Shown here piece by piece: positions 20,170 to 29,480 of a stretch of 64,000 bases of DNA. This stretch comes from Trueperaceae bacterium (GTDB taxonomy: Bacteria > Deinococcota > Deinococci > Deinococcales > Trueperaceae): positions 3,232,001-3,296,000 of the forward strand of contig CBDCDZ010000004.1 in NCBI GenBank assembly GCA_965215565.1. Direction: 5' to 3'. Under the pieces are notes generated by a model. The model was not told where the DNA came from. It ran no database searches and was given only the letters and a program-made list of their open reading frames with translations. Every line of letters begins with the position of its first letter. Position 1 is the stretch's first letter. The position numbers and the translations under genes were made by a program.

Positions 20170-20349
20170 TTAACCTCTTCTAAGCCACTCGAGCAGTGAT
20201 GCGACGTGTGCGAGAAGGCTCAAGTTGTACAGCGTTCGTCTCCAGCGCGGCGCTCCATCCGCCGACCGCGAGAGCCGCTGCCGCGCCGCCTCGCGCTCGT
20301 AATCTCTAGCTACCTCTTTCGCATATCTCAATAAGATGTCGTCTCTCAT
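20170..20349 (-). CDS. Small hypothetical protein (59 aa; not in ORF track)
   Basis: MRDDILLRYAKEVARDYEREAARQRLSRSADGAPRWRRTLYNLSLLAHVASLLEWLRRG; RBS AAAGGA. Confidence 0.5.
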   Translation of the reverse strand: MRDDILLRYAKEVARDYEREAARQRLSRSADGAPRWRRTLYNLSLLAHVASLLEWLRRG

Positions 20350-20413
20350 GCTTTCGGTCCTTTCGTAAGGAATTGGCGAGAACGAACTACAAAGGATGTT
20401 TAACCGCTACACG

Positions 20414-20440
20414 CTGCCTCAACCTTGCAGATTGAGGCAG
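20414..20440. promoter_or_regulatory. Inverted repeat CTGCCTCAA-N9-TTGAGGCAG, candidate operator
   Basis: Perfect 9-bp arms in the divergent gap upstream of the wHTH gene. Confidence 0.45.
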
Positions 20441-20472
20441 GGCCTCTTTAGTGTGATAGGCTTCTACTTGAA

Positions 20473-21144
20473 ATGGCAGAGCTAAATTCCGGTAGACCGC
20501 CCGCCGCCGCGTTTTGCGTCATTCGCGACGCTGAACAAGCGAAGCTCCTCTGTGACCCCTCGAGCTTCCGCTACTTTGACCCTTTCATCGCCCAAACGAA
20601 GACGGCTACGGCGGCGGCGGAAGAGGTGGGCTGCAAGCTGGACACGATGCTCTACCGCGTGAAGACCTTCGTGAGGGTAGGGCTTCTAAAGGTTGAGCGT
20701 GAAGAGAAGCGAGCTGGACGCCCTGTGAAGCACTACCGCTCGAGCTTCGACGCCTACTTCGTTCCCTTCGAGGTGACGCCTTATGCGGGGCTCGAGGAGC
20801 GCATCCGCGAGATGCGCGCTGCTAACGGTGAGAGCATCATCCCTGCGGTGGCGCGACTGCTGCGCGAGTTCGGTTGGGAGGGGCAGCGCATCTACCGCCA
20901 TCCTGACGGCGAGGTGTGGCGTGAATCTGCGCTCGATGCGGAGGTGAATTTGCCTGACTTTAACGATCCGCGTTTACCTATTGGCAGGCAGTTTTTTAGC
21001 GAACTTTACCTCTTGGACGAAGACGCGCGGGCGCTGCAAGGGGAGCTTCGCGACGTTTGGGCGCGCTACGCGGATAAGGTCAAGCGAGATTCGATGCACA
21101 AAAAGTACGCCTTGGAGGTTGCGTTTTTAAGGCTCGAGCCCTGA
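20473..21144 (+). CDS. Winged-helix (ArsR-like) transcription regulator
   Basis: AKLLCDP...TATAAAEEVG..LDTMLYRV...RAGRPVKHYR. Confidence 0.7.
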   Translation: MAELNSGRPPAAAFCVIRDAEQAKLLCDPSSFRYFDPFIAQTKTATAAAEEVGCKLDTMLYRVKTFVRVGLLKVEREEKRAGRPVKHYRSSFDAYFVPFEVTPYAGLEERIREMRAANGESIIPAVARLLREFGWEGQRIYRHPDGEVWRESALDAEVNLPDFNDPRLPIGRQFFSELYLLDEDARALQGELRDVWARYADKVKRDSMHKKYALEVAFLRLEP

Positions 21145-21181
21145 ACCTCTCGGCTCAGCGTTTTCGAGTAAGCTTAACCCT

Positions 21182-21574
21182 ATGGAACCTCGTATCAGCA
21201 TCGTTACCCTCGGCGTTCAAGACTTGGAGCGTTCTCTTTCGTTTTACCGAGATGGACTCGGTCTAACTCCGAGCGAGCATAACGGCAGTATCGTTTTCAT
21301 TCCGCTTAGAGGTCTAACGCTCGCGCTTTTCCCAAGAGACGCACTAGCCGAAGACGCTCAAGTACCAGTCGGAGAAGCCGGTTTTTCAGGTATCACGCTC
21401 GCGCACAATGTCGAGACCGAAAGAGAGGTTGATGGGCTTCTAAAGCAAGCAGAGAGCGCGGGCGGACGCATCGTAAAGTATGCGCAAAAAGCTTCTTGGG
21501 GTGGATATTCGGGTTATTTCGCTGACCCAGATGGTCACCTTTGGGAAGTCGCCGACAATTCGGGAATGATGTAG
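21182..21574 (+). CDS. VOC/glyoxalase family protein
   Basis: ISIVTLGV.DLERSLSFY, WGGYSGYFADPDGHLWEV. Confidence 0.88.
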   Translation: MEPRISIVTLGVQDLERSLSFYRDGLGLTPSEHNGSIVFIPLRGLTLALFPRDALAEDAQVPVGEAGFSGITLAHNVETEREVDGLLKQAESAGGRIVKYAQKASWGGYSGYFADPDGHLWEVADNSGMM

Positions 21575-21583
21575 GGGACCCAG

Positions 21584-22005
21584 ATGGCGTTAGAGAACCT
21601 ATACAAAGAGGTCATCTTGGAGCACTACAAGCGCCCGCGCAACCGGGGCGAACTCGAACACGCCACCGTGCGCGAAGAGGGGCTCAACCCCTCGTGCGGC
21701 GACGAGTTGGCGCTTTTTTTAATTGTCGAGAACGGTGCCGTCGCCGATATAAAGTTCATGTAGGCGAGGGCTGCGCCATCAGCCAGAGTTCCGCCTCGAT
21801 GATGAGCGAAGTGGTGAAGGGTAAGACGTTGGAAGAGGTCTTGGGGATGAGCGAGAAGTTCAAGGCGATGCTCCGCGGCGAGCCGCCCAGCGCCGAGCTT
21901 GGCGATTTGGGGACGCTGCAAGGGGTCTCGAAGCTGCACGCCCGCGTGAAGTGCGCGGCGCTGCCGTGGGTGACGCTCGAGCGTGCCTTGGAGCGCGCAT
22001 CATGA
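21584..22005 (+). pseudogene. sufU: SufU/IscU-type Fe-S assembly protein, frameshifted near 21758-21763
   Basis: Frame A: MALENLYKEVILEHYKRPRNRG...NPSCGD...KFM*; frame B continues GEGCAISQSSASMM...RVKCAALPW. Confidence 0.85.
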
Positions 22006-22949
22006 CGCACCTCATAACGCGTGGCACGAAACGACTTGCCATCCTCTTCGTGCTCCTCCTCAGCGCGTGCTTGCCCTCGTTGGAGATCGAACAAGAGCCC
22101 GCCATCATTCCGGGCGCACAGGCGCAGACCGTCACATTGGGCGAATACGAAACCTATTACGAGGTCATCGGCGAGGGACCCGCCGTGGTGATGGTGCACG
22201 GGATTGGCGGGGGCTCCTCCGGCTTTCAGTACCGCAAGAACGCGCCCGCCTTAGCCGCCGCAGGCTACCGGGTCTACGTGATCGACCTCTTGGGCTTCGG
22301 GCGGAGCGCGCACCCCGAAAGGCGCTACACACAAGACCTGTACGCCGAACAACTGACCGCTTTTTTAGAAGAGGTTTCGGGCGAGGCGTCGCTTGTGGCG
22401 AACGGTCTCAGCGCGGCTTACGCGATTCGCCTTGCGGCTGAGCAACCTGAACTCGCAGAAAGCCTCGTGCTGATTAGCCCGACGGGGTATGAGCGCCTGG
22501 CGCGTCCTCAAAACGAAGAGCGCGTAGAGGCGTTCGAAGGCTTCTCCGGCTTTGCAGGAAATCTCCTCTACGCCGCGCTCTTAGACGAGGGGACGCAGCG
22601 CTTTTTCCTCATCGACGCTTACGCCGGGCGCGAAAGCTTGACGCCCGAAGTCTTGGCGACTTACGACCGCAATCTCAAGGTGGAGAACGCGAAGTGGGCG
22701 GTGCTCTCCTTTATTTCAGGCAACTTAGACCAAGATGTCTCGTCTTTGTGGCCTGATGTAAAGCAGCCGACACTCATCGTGTGGGGGACGGAAGCCGACA
22801 CCACACCCATTGGCGACGCGGCGGACTTTTTGCGCGCCAGACCGGAAACCGAATTCATCCCCTTCACTGAGGCGAAGCTGCTGCCAAATGAGGACCGGGC
22901 GCAGACGTTCAATGAGGTGGTGCTCGAGTTTTTGAGGCGCGGCGAGTAG
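22002..22949 (+). CDS. Alpha/beta hydrolase-fold lipoprotein
   Basis: Lipobox LLSAC; HGIGGG, DLLGFGRS; nucleophile elbow reads ANGLS. Confidence 0.8.
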   Translation: MTHLITRGTKRLAILFVLLLSACLPSLEIEQEPAIIPGAQAQTVTLGEYETYYEVIGEGPAVVMVHGIGGGSSGFQYRKNAPALAAAGYRVYVIDLLGFGRSAHPERRYTQDLYAEQLTAFLEEVSGEASLVANGLSAAYAIRLAAEQPELAESLVLISPTGYERLARPQNEERVEAFEGFSGFAGNLLYAALLDEGTQRFFLIDAYAGRESLTPEVLATYDRNLKVENAKWAVLSFISGNLDQDVSSLWPDVKQPTLIVWGTEADTTPIGDAADFLRARPETEFIPFTEAKLLPNEDRAQTFNEVVLEFLRRGE

Positions 22950-22950
22950 G

Positions 22951-23313
22951 TTAGCGCTGCTCCAGCACCACCACCGCCGCCGCGTGCGCCTTTGAATGGG
23001 TCAAACTCAGATGCGCGCTCCAACCCTCGCGCTTCATAACCGCTTCGATCTCCTCGCTGCAACGCAGCACAGGCTTCATCCCATCGCGCATGACCCACAC
23101 GTCGCGCCAGCCGTGTGACTCGGGCCAGCACTTTTGGAAGGCTTCTTTGGCAGCGAAGCGAGCAGCCAAGCTCGGCAGCGAGTTCTTCTGTTTAAGGCAG
23201 TACTCGAGTTCGTCCGGGTGAAAGTGCCGCTCCAAAAAGCGGTTGCGGTGGCGGTTCCAGACGCCCTGAATGCGCTCCAATTCGATCACGTCGAGTCCGA
23301 TAGCGACGATCAT
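22951..23313 (-). CDS. acpS: Holo-ACP synthase
   Basis: [21 protein letters not shown]. Confidence 0.9.
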   Translation of the reverse strand: MIVAIGLDVIELERIQGVWNRHRNRFLERHFHPDELEYCLKQKNSLPSLAARFAAKEAFQKCWPESHGWRDVWVMRDGMKPVLRCSEEIEAVMKREGWSAHLSLTHSKAHAAAVVVLEQR

Positions 23314-23334
23314 ACGCTGACCTTCATTCGCGCA

Positions 23335-24018
23335 TCATAGCGTGAGTTCGGCGACCTCTTCTGACGTCGCGACAAAGGCGCGTTCGGCGAGCCCTAAAAA
23401 GAGACCGTGCTCTAAAACACCGGGGATGACGCTTATGCGCACGGCGACCTCTTGCGCGTCAAACGGTTCGGTAAAGTGACAGTCGAGCAGCAGGTTGCCG
23501 TTGTCGCTCTTCACGGTCTCGCCCTCTTTCTCCCTCAGCACCACCTCACAGCCGAGCGCGGTGAGGTCCTCACGCGCCGCTTGCCAGCCGAAGGGGAGCA
23601 CCTCGACGGGGACGGGCGCTTTCTCGCCCAGGTAGCTCACGCGCTTGGTGTCGTCGCCGATGAGGATGAAGCGCTTCGCCCGCGCCGCCACGACCTTTTC
23701 TCGCGCCAGCGCGCCGCCCAACCCCTTGATGGCGTCTAGCGTGTCCGTCACCTCGTCCATGCCGTCAACCGCGACGTCCACACCCGAAGCGCCTAAGTCT
23801 TGTAGGGAGATGCCCAGGTCCCTTGCCATTCTCGCCGTCGCCTCCGAGGTGGGCACGGCGACGATGTCGCGCAGCGCGCCCTCGCTGAGCTTCTGCCCCA
23901 ACGCCTGGATGAGATACTTCGCCGTGCTACCCGTGCCGAGCCCGACGCGCATACCGCTCTCGATATGCTCCAGCGCTTTTAAGGCGGCTTGTTTTTTTTG
24001 CGCCTCGAGGTCAGGCAC
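23335..24018 (-). CDS. rpiA: Ribose-5-phosphate isomerase A
   Basis: GLGTGST, DGMDEV, IKGLGGALAREK, SDNGN, GVLEHGLF. Confidence 0.93.
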   Translation of the reverse strand: MPDLEAQKKQAALKALEHIESGMRVGLGTGSTAKYLIQALGQKLSEGALRDIVAVPTSEATARMARDLGISLQDLGASGVDVAVDGMDEVTDTLDAIKGLGGALAREKVVAARAKRFILIGDDTKRVSYLGEKAPVPVEVLPFGWQAAREDLTALGCEVVLREKEGETVKSDNGNLLLDCHFTEPFDAQEVAVRISVIPGVLEHGLFLGLAERAFVATSEEVAELTL

Positions 24019-24171
24019 GTTCGTGGTTTAGGTAGAGAGAGGATTGGGTCATGAGGTCTACTTTAGCAGAAGGAGCAGGTCAGCTAGGCCAGTGGGTCAG
24101 GGAAAACCTGAAAGGCTAGTTATCTGAGACACCACACTGTTTGCTCCCTCTTCGTATGTCAAGCTATCTTC

Positions 24172-24648
24172 ATGAGCATGAAACTTAAAGCGGGCGACAG
24201 AGCCCCCGACTTCAGCCTGCCCTCTAACAGAGGCGTCAAAACGCTCGCGGAGCACTCGGGCGAGTGGGTGCTCCTTTATTACTACCCCAAAGACGCCACG
24301 CCGGGCTGCACCCGAGAGGCGTGTGACTTTCGCGACCTCTCGGCGTCAGCGAAGTTAAACGCGCAAGTGTTGGGCATCTCGGGCGATGACCTCTCCTCTC
24401 ACGAGAGCTTTGCCGAGGAGAACAGCTTGCCCTTTCCGCTCCTCAGCGACTTGGAGCACGAGGTGGCGAGGCGCTACGGTGCGTACGGCGAGAAGAAGAA
24501 CTATGGTAGGGCGTATGAGAGCATCATCCGCTCGACCTTCATCATCAGTCCGCAAGGGCTGATCGCCGAGGCGATGTATAACGTCAAGGCGACAGGGCAC
24601 GCGGAGCGCGTAGCGAAGAAGTTAGAAACTTTACAAGGCGGGGTGTAA
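24172..24648 (+). CDS. bcp: Peroxiredoxin BCP/PrxQ
   Basis: YYPKDATPGCTREACDFRD. Confidence 0.92.
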   Translation: MSMKLKAGDRAPDFSLPSNRGVKTLAEHSGEWVLLYYYPKDATPGCTREACDFRDLSASAKLNAQVLGISGDDLSSHESFAEENSLPFPLLSDLEHEVARRYGAYGEKKNYGRAYESIIRSTFIISPQGLIAEAMYNVKATGHAERVAKKLETLQGGV

Positions 24649-24748
24649 GCGCGCCTAAAGGTGCATCCGTCACAGACAAGAGGTCAACAGGAGCGAGGAC
24701 TGAGAAACATCTCGCGTCCTCGCCTTCGCGCTGCTGATATAAGGAAGC

Positions 24749-25777
24749 ATGGCGAGTGACGAATTCTTCTTAGACGATTTGGACAGTGATTGGGAGAGTG
24801 GCAGCTCGGCTGGCAACGACTTAGACGTTGCCGCCGCCGTCCACGTAACCCAGAAATCCATCGAGGTGCAAAACCTCAATAAAGTGCGCGGCAAGCGCCC
24901 CGTCGTGCGCGACCTCAGCTTTCACGTCAACCCCGGTGAGGTCTACGCGCTCGTCGGACCGAACGGCGCGGGCAAAACTACCGTGATTCGGCTCCTGACG
25001 GGGCTCATCTTTCCCACCTCGGGCACGGTCAAGCTGCTCGGCGAGGACCCCCTGAGCGCACCTGAAGTGCGCCGCAAACTGGGCGCGGTGGTGGAAGCGC
25101 CAGCGGCGTTTTATCCCTACTTGACAGGACGCGCCAACTTACACCTGCACGCGCAGCTCGCGGGCGGCGTCGAAGCGGAGCGTATCGGCGAGGTTTTGGA
25201 CACCGTCGAACTCGGCAACGCGGCGGAGCGCAAAGTCGGCGCGTATAGCCTTGGAATGCGGCAGCGTCTGGGCGTAGCGGCGGCGATCTTAACGCGCCCC
25301 GAGGTGCTCATCTTAGACGAGCCCGCGAGCGGGATGGACCCCTTGAGCCTCCACCTCGTGCACCGCGTCTTGCGGCAAGCGGCGGAGGGGGGCGCGGCGG
25401 TGCTCCTCTCGACGCACCACCTGGATGAAGTGGTGGCGTACTGCTCGCGCGTCGCCATCCTAGAAGAGGGCGCGTTGGTCGAAGAGGTGGATTTGCAGGA
25501 GCGCCGCCAGCGCTACAAGGCTCGAGTCTCCAACGCTGCGGGGGCCAAAGTCGCGCTGCAAACGCAACCCTTTATCAGCGAGGTCAGCGGCGGCGAGGGC
25601 GAAGTGACCTTCTCGCTCGCGGACGTGAACGCTCTGGGGCGCGTCCCTAGCACCCTCGTCAACGCGGGCGTCGAGGTGCTGGAGTTAGCTGAGGACACCT
25701 TCAACCTCCAGGCCTACTACGCCGAGCGCGTGGCGCGGAAGCAAGCCGCCGCGAAAGAGGTCAGGCAAGCCGCATGA
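24749..25777 (+). CDS. ABC-2 type ATP-binding protein
   Basis: GPNGAGKT, YSLGMRQRL, ILDEP; acidic N-terminal extension. Confidence 0.88.
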   Translation: MASDEFFLDDLDSDWESGSSAGNDLDVAAAVHVTQKSIEVQNLNKVRGKRPVVRDLSFHVNPGEVYALVGPNGAGKTTVIRLLTGLIFPTSGTVKLLGEDPLSAPEVRRKLGAVVEAPAAFYPYLTGRANLHLHAQLAGGVEAERIGEVLDTVELGNAAERKVGAYSLGMRQRLGVAAAILTRPEVLILDEPASGMDPLSLHLVHRVLRQAAEGGAAVLLSTHHLDEVVAYCSRVAILEEGALVEEVDLQERRQRYKARVSNAAGAKVALQTQPFISEVSGGEGEVTFSLADVNALGRVPSTLVNAGVEVLELAEDTFNLQAYYAERVARKQAAAKEVRQAA

Positions 25778-26547
25778 AAACGCTCCTCAAGTTAGAGTTC
25801 GGCAAGCTCTTTCACCTCTCGAGCCTCCGCTTCAGCTTAGGGCTCCTGGCGCTCTTTCCCGTCGTCTGGGCGTACGCGCCGGGCGTGCACGACATCTACG
25901 GCTTTTTCATCGTTTCGGGCTACCAGGTGCCGGGTCTGACGCTCCTCTCGAGCATGGAGTTTTTGCTCCCCCTGCTCGTTGCCATCGCCAGCGCCGAACT
26001 CGTCGGTTTAGAGCGCACCTACGGCACACTGCCCACCGTGCTCCTGCGCCCCGTCACCCGCTCGCAGTGGCTCCTCACGAAGCTTTTAGTCGCGTTCGCC
26101 TATCCCTTTTTGCTGCTCGCCTTTCTTTTCATCGTCTCGCTCCTTTCGGGCGTGTTCTTCGGCTACGGCGCGTTCGTCGGCGGCACGGGCGTGGGGGACG
26201 CGGGGCTCTTGGGTCAGGGCGCAACGACGCCGGGCACGGCCTTAGGCGAACTCTTGCGCGCTTACTTCGTCGCCGCCTTTAGCCTCGTCCCCATCGGTCT
26301 CTTAGCGGTGCTCTTCACCGTCATTTTCATGAACGCCGCCGGGGGCGCACTGGCGACGCTCTCAATCCTCATCTTTATGAAACTCCTCGTCGTCTTTCCG
26401 GGCTTGGGGCGCTTTCTCTTGACGGAGCACCTAGACGCCTACGCCGCGCCGGGCGGCACGCTGCCCTGGGCAATGATGCTCCTCGCGGTCTACGCCGCCG
26501 CCTTCGCCGCGCTCTCCGTGACGCTTTTCGAGCGGAAGGACTTCTAG
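25774..26547 (+). CDS. ABC-2 type permease
   Basis: E...GTL..VLLRPVTRSQWLLTK, C-terminal FERKD, about 6 TM segments. Confidence 0.85.
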   Translation: MKTLLKLEFGKLFHLSSLRFSLGLLALFPVVWAYAPGVHDIYGFFIVSGYQVPGLTLLSSMEFLLPLLVAIASAELVGLERTYGTLPTVLLRPVTRSQWLLTKLLVAFAYPFLLLAFLFIVSLLSGVFFGYGAFVGGTGVGDAGLLGQGATTPGTALGELLRAYFVAAFSLVPIGLLAVLFTVIFMNAAGGALATLSILIFMKLLVVFPGLGRFLLTEHLDAYAAPGGTLPWAMMLLAVYAAAFAALSVTLFERKDF

Positions 26548-26636
26548 GGGAGCCGGCGCGCAACTCAACCGGTGCACTGCACACCTCTTCACCCCCGAGC
26601 TTCTCCTACGGAGTCTGAGGGTGGTACGCTTGAGGG

Positions 26637-27890
26637 GTGCGCGTCCGGTTCTTCTCACGACTACTCATCCTCACCCTTTGCCTTGCTCCTGGTCTCACCC
26701 TTCAGAGTGCGTCGGCTATTTCTTACACCGTCCAGGTGGCGGCGCTCTCCGACGAAGATGCGGCGTTAGCGCTCCAACAGAGCTTGCGCCAGGAGGGGTT
26801 TCCAGCCTACTTGGTGAGCGTGCCGAGCGAGAGCGGCACGATATTCAGGCTGCGCGTGGGCGCGTTCGCGGACCGCGCCGCCGCGCAGACCTACGCCGAG
26901 ACGATGCGCGGCGTCGGCGGCACCGCGCCTGTGCCCGCGCTAGCGGAAGGCATCCCGGCGGAGCTTTTTCCTTTGGAGCCGACGCTTCTGAGCCGCTACG
27001 ACGCCGCGCCCGAGATGGTGAGCGTCCAGGTCACGCCCTGGGGCGAGGGGGCGGCGCTGCGTACGCAAGGGCGCTTCGAAGACCAGCCTTTTATCGCGGA
27101 GTACCGCGTGCTGCGCGGGGGCGCGGACGCGCGTCCTTTCGCAGCGTGGCGAGCTGAGCCAGGCGTTAGGGAGACGGTCCTGCGCGTTCACAACAGGCTG
27201 CTTTGGTCAGAAGAAGAGATGAGCGAGGCCGAGCGCGAAGCGTACGCCGAGGCGCAGCTTAACGAGGTGGCGCAGCGGCTAAACTTGACGCCCGAGCAGG
27301 TGCGCCCTTACCTCTTCTTCGAGCCCGGACGCGGCGCGCCCTTTCTCGTGCTCGCCGAGCAGTTTGTCCTAACGGGTAACGCTCAGCAAGTCTCGAGTAC
27401 GCCGGCTAGTCCAGCAGCCGATGGTCCAGCAGCCGATGATCCGGTATCAGGCGGCGCGACTTCCGGTAGTTCGCCTTCAGATGCCATAAGTTCGGATGCT
27501 GTGGGTTCAAATGCCTTGGGTGAGCGCCTGCGCGCCCTCGGCAACCCAGCCGAGCGGACGCCGCCCGGCGGTCCGAGCCTCACCTGGTTCGACCGCGCCC
27601 CGCCTGAGGGCTTTCCTACCGACTTGCCCGCCCCGCTCTTCGACTTACAGACGCTCTTTGACGATGGGGAACTCGAGCGCGATCCCTCACGCACCCTCAC
27701 TGGTGACGGCTGGCAGGCGTCACCCCAAGGCGAGTACACAGAGCTGAGCGTAGGGGAGAGAACCTGGCGGGCGGTAGTAGGCTACCCGCTCTGGGCAGGG
27801 GGAGACTACCTCTTGGTCTACACAGACGCGCCCGTGCTCTACAAGTTGGTGCGTCCGGGGCAGGCGGCGGAAGATAGCGATGAGCAATGA
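26637..27890 (+). CDS. Secreted SPOR-domain protein
   Basis: Signal peptide; YTVQVAALS...FRLRVGAF SPOR motif; low-complexity S/A/D insert. Confidence 0.75.
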   Translation: MRVRFFSRLLILTLCLAPGLTLQSASAISYTVQVAALSDEDAALALQQSLRQEGFPAYLVSVPSESGTIFRLRVGAFADRAAAQTYAETMRGVGGTAPVPALAEGIPAELFPLEPTLLSRYDAAPEMVSVQVTPWGEGAALRTQGRFEDQPFIAEYRVLRGGADARPFAAWRAEPGVRETVLRVHNRLLWSEEEMSEAEREAYAEAQLNEVAQRLNLTPEQVRPYLFFEPGRGAPFLVLAEQFVLTGNAQQVSSTPASPAADGPAADDPVSGGATSGSSPSDAISSDAVGSNALGERLRALGNPAERTPPGGPSLTWFDRAPPEGFPTDLPAPLFDLQTLFDDGELERDPSRTLTGDGWQASPQGEYTELSVGERTWRAVVGYPLWAGGDYLLVYTDAPVLYKLVRPGQAAEDSDEQ

Positions 27891-27917
27891 GTCCAGAGGG
27901 CTCCACTCATCGCTCGT

Positions 27918-28916
27918 TCAACGAGCAGAGACTAACACCCGCTCCGCCAACACCTCGGCGAACCGCTCCGGCTCCTCCAGATGCGGGCAGTGCGCCGAGC
28001 GCTCGAACCAGACGAGTTCTTTTTCAGGCGCATCTACCTCATAGAAGTAGGCTTGCGCCAAGTCGGTAGGCGTCACGACGTCGTGACGCCCCGCGAAGAG
28101 GTAGAGGGGCACCTGCAGCGACGCGGCGCTCTCGAAGAGATTGACGCGCAGCTTCGTGGACCAGAGGGATTCTAAAGAGAAGAAGAGCGCCTGAAAGTAG
28201 CGCGGCACCTCTTTAGGCGTGTAGAAGCGCACCCCTGTCCAGAGAGCGCGAAAGAGGTCCCCGGAGCGGTAGAAGAGGTTGCCCATCCGGTAGAGCCACC
28301 ACCAGCGCATCAGAAAACTGTTCGCCGCAGCGTCCGGCTCACCTAAGAGGTGCAGGCGGCGCAGCGTCGCCATGCGCCTGAGCTGCTGCGCCCTAGCGAG
28401 CACATGGTTGTAGAAGCGCGTCTCGTTCTCCTGACCGTGCACGAGCGGTCCCACGCCCACGAGCGCGTGAAACAGCTCCGGGTGGCGTTGCGCGGTGAGC
28501 GCGCCCAACGCGCCCCCCCACGAATGACCAACCAGCAGGAGTTTCTCCCTCTGAAAGCGCCCCTGTAAGAGTCTGGTGAGGTCCCTGGTGTCCGCGATGA
28601 GGTGGTCTAAGGTCATGACCTCGCGTGACATCCCAGGTACGAAGCTCCGCCCTGCGCCGCGCTGGTCCCAGTGCACCACCAAGAAGTGCCGCTCCAAAGC
28701 GCGCATGTAGGGCGACAGGCTCATCTCAGAAACGCCGGGTCCGCCGTGCAAAAAGAGCAGCACGGGGTTGCGCGGTGAGCCGCGCAGGAGGAGGGTCTGC
28801 TCCAAGCGCCCTAGCGTCACCCGCTCCAAGCTGTTAAGCGTATCTAATGTGGAGACCAACTCGGGTCCCCCGTATTCACCCCTGTACTCACTACGTCCAC
28901 TTGCCCCCCCATTCAC
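27918..28916 (-). CDS. Alpha/beta hydrolase (proline iminopeptidase-like); start uncertain
   Basis: LHGGPG, WDQRGAG, GHSWG, GRHD, SAH. Confidence 0.85.
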   Translation of the reverse strand: MNGGASGRSEYRGEYGGPELVSTLDTLNSLERVTLGRLEQTLLLRGSPRNPVLLFLHGGPGVSEMSLSPYMRALERHFLVVHWDQRGAGRSFVPGMSREVMTLDHLIADTRDLTRLLQGRFQREKLLLVGHSWGGALGALTAQRHPELFHALVGVGPLVHGQENETRFYNHVLARAQQLRRMATLRRLHLLGEPDAAANSFLMRWWWLYRMGNLFYRSGDLFRALWTGVRFYTPKEVPRYFQALFFSLESLWSTKLRVNLFESAASLQVPLYLFAGRHDVVTPTDLAQAYFYEVDAPEKELVWFERSAHCPHLEEPERFAEVLAERVLVSAR

Positions 28917-29214
28917 TCATCGCGTCGAAAATCGGTCTTAGCGCCCGCCCCCTCTCGGTCAGCGAATATTCGACTCTGGGCGGCACCTCGGCGTAGACTT
29001 CCCTCTCTACAATACCGTGCGCCTCGAGTTCGCGCAGTCTGTCGGTCAAAGTTTTAGGGCTCACGCCCACCAAAGAGGCGCGTATCTCGCCGAAGCGCTT
29101 CGTACCACCCAACAGCTCGCGCACGATGAGCGTGGTCCACTTGCCGCCGATGATGTTGACGGTGCGCTCGACGGTGCACTGAGGCGTACGGGCTACTTTC
29201 TCTTCATAATTCAT
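28891..29214 (-). CDS. HxlR/DUF24 family transcription regulator
   Basis: CTVERTVNIIGGKW, RFGE, LTDRLRELE, VPPRVEYSLT. Confidence 0.92.
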   Translation of the reverse strand: MNYEEKVARTPQCTVERTVNIIGGKWTTLIVRELLGGTKRFGEIRASLVGVSPKTLTDRLRELEAHGIVEREVYAEVPPRVEYSLTERGRALRPIFDAMSEWGGKWT

Positions 29215-29391
29215 TACCTAAAATTATGTTACAGCGCGTAAGCTTCGTCAAGCTAATTCCGTTTGTGGGTTGCGAGGAGGAGCACCGGAGCAGGTTCCTA
29301 GGTCAAGAGGATGCAGAAGGCAGAAGGTCTAATTTCTCCTGTCGCCCAACTAGCCTCGAGCCTAATTCATATCTGACACCCGAATCCTCTA

Positions 29392-29427
29392 TAGTTACTT
29401 TTTAGATACTACTTCACAAATAGAACT
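29392..29427. promoter_or_regulatory. Candidate HxlR-type operator
   Basis: TAGTTACTTTTTAGATACTA imperfect palindrome in the divergent promoter. Confidence 0.4.
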
Positions 29428-29480
29428 TTTGGTGCTAGACTCGTTTTATGCCTTTTATGTTGGGCGAGCAAAGGAGCGAT

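Noticed and set aside
21761..21763. Stop-codon read-through at the sufU TAG
   Set aside because: The downstream half is in a different frame, so read-through would not restore the protein
27400..27520. 15-bp periodic repeats inside the SPOR gene
   Set aside because: Explained as an in-frame low-complexity linker expansion
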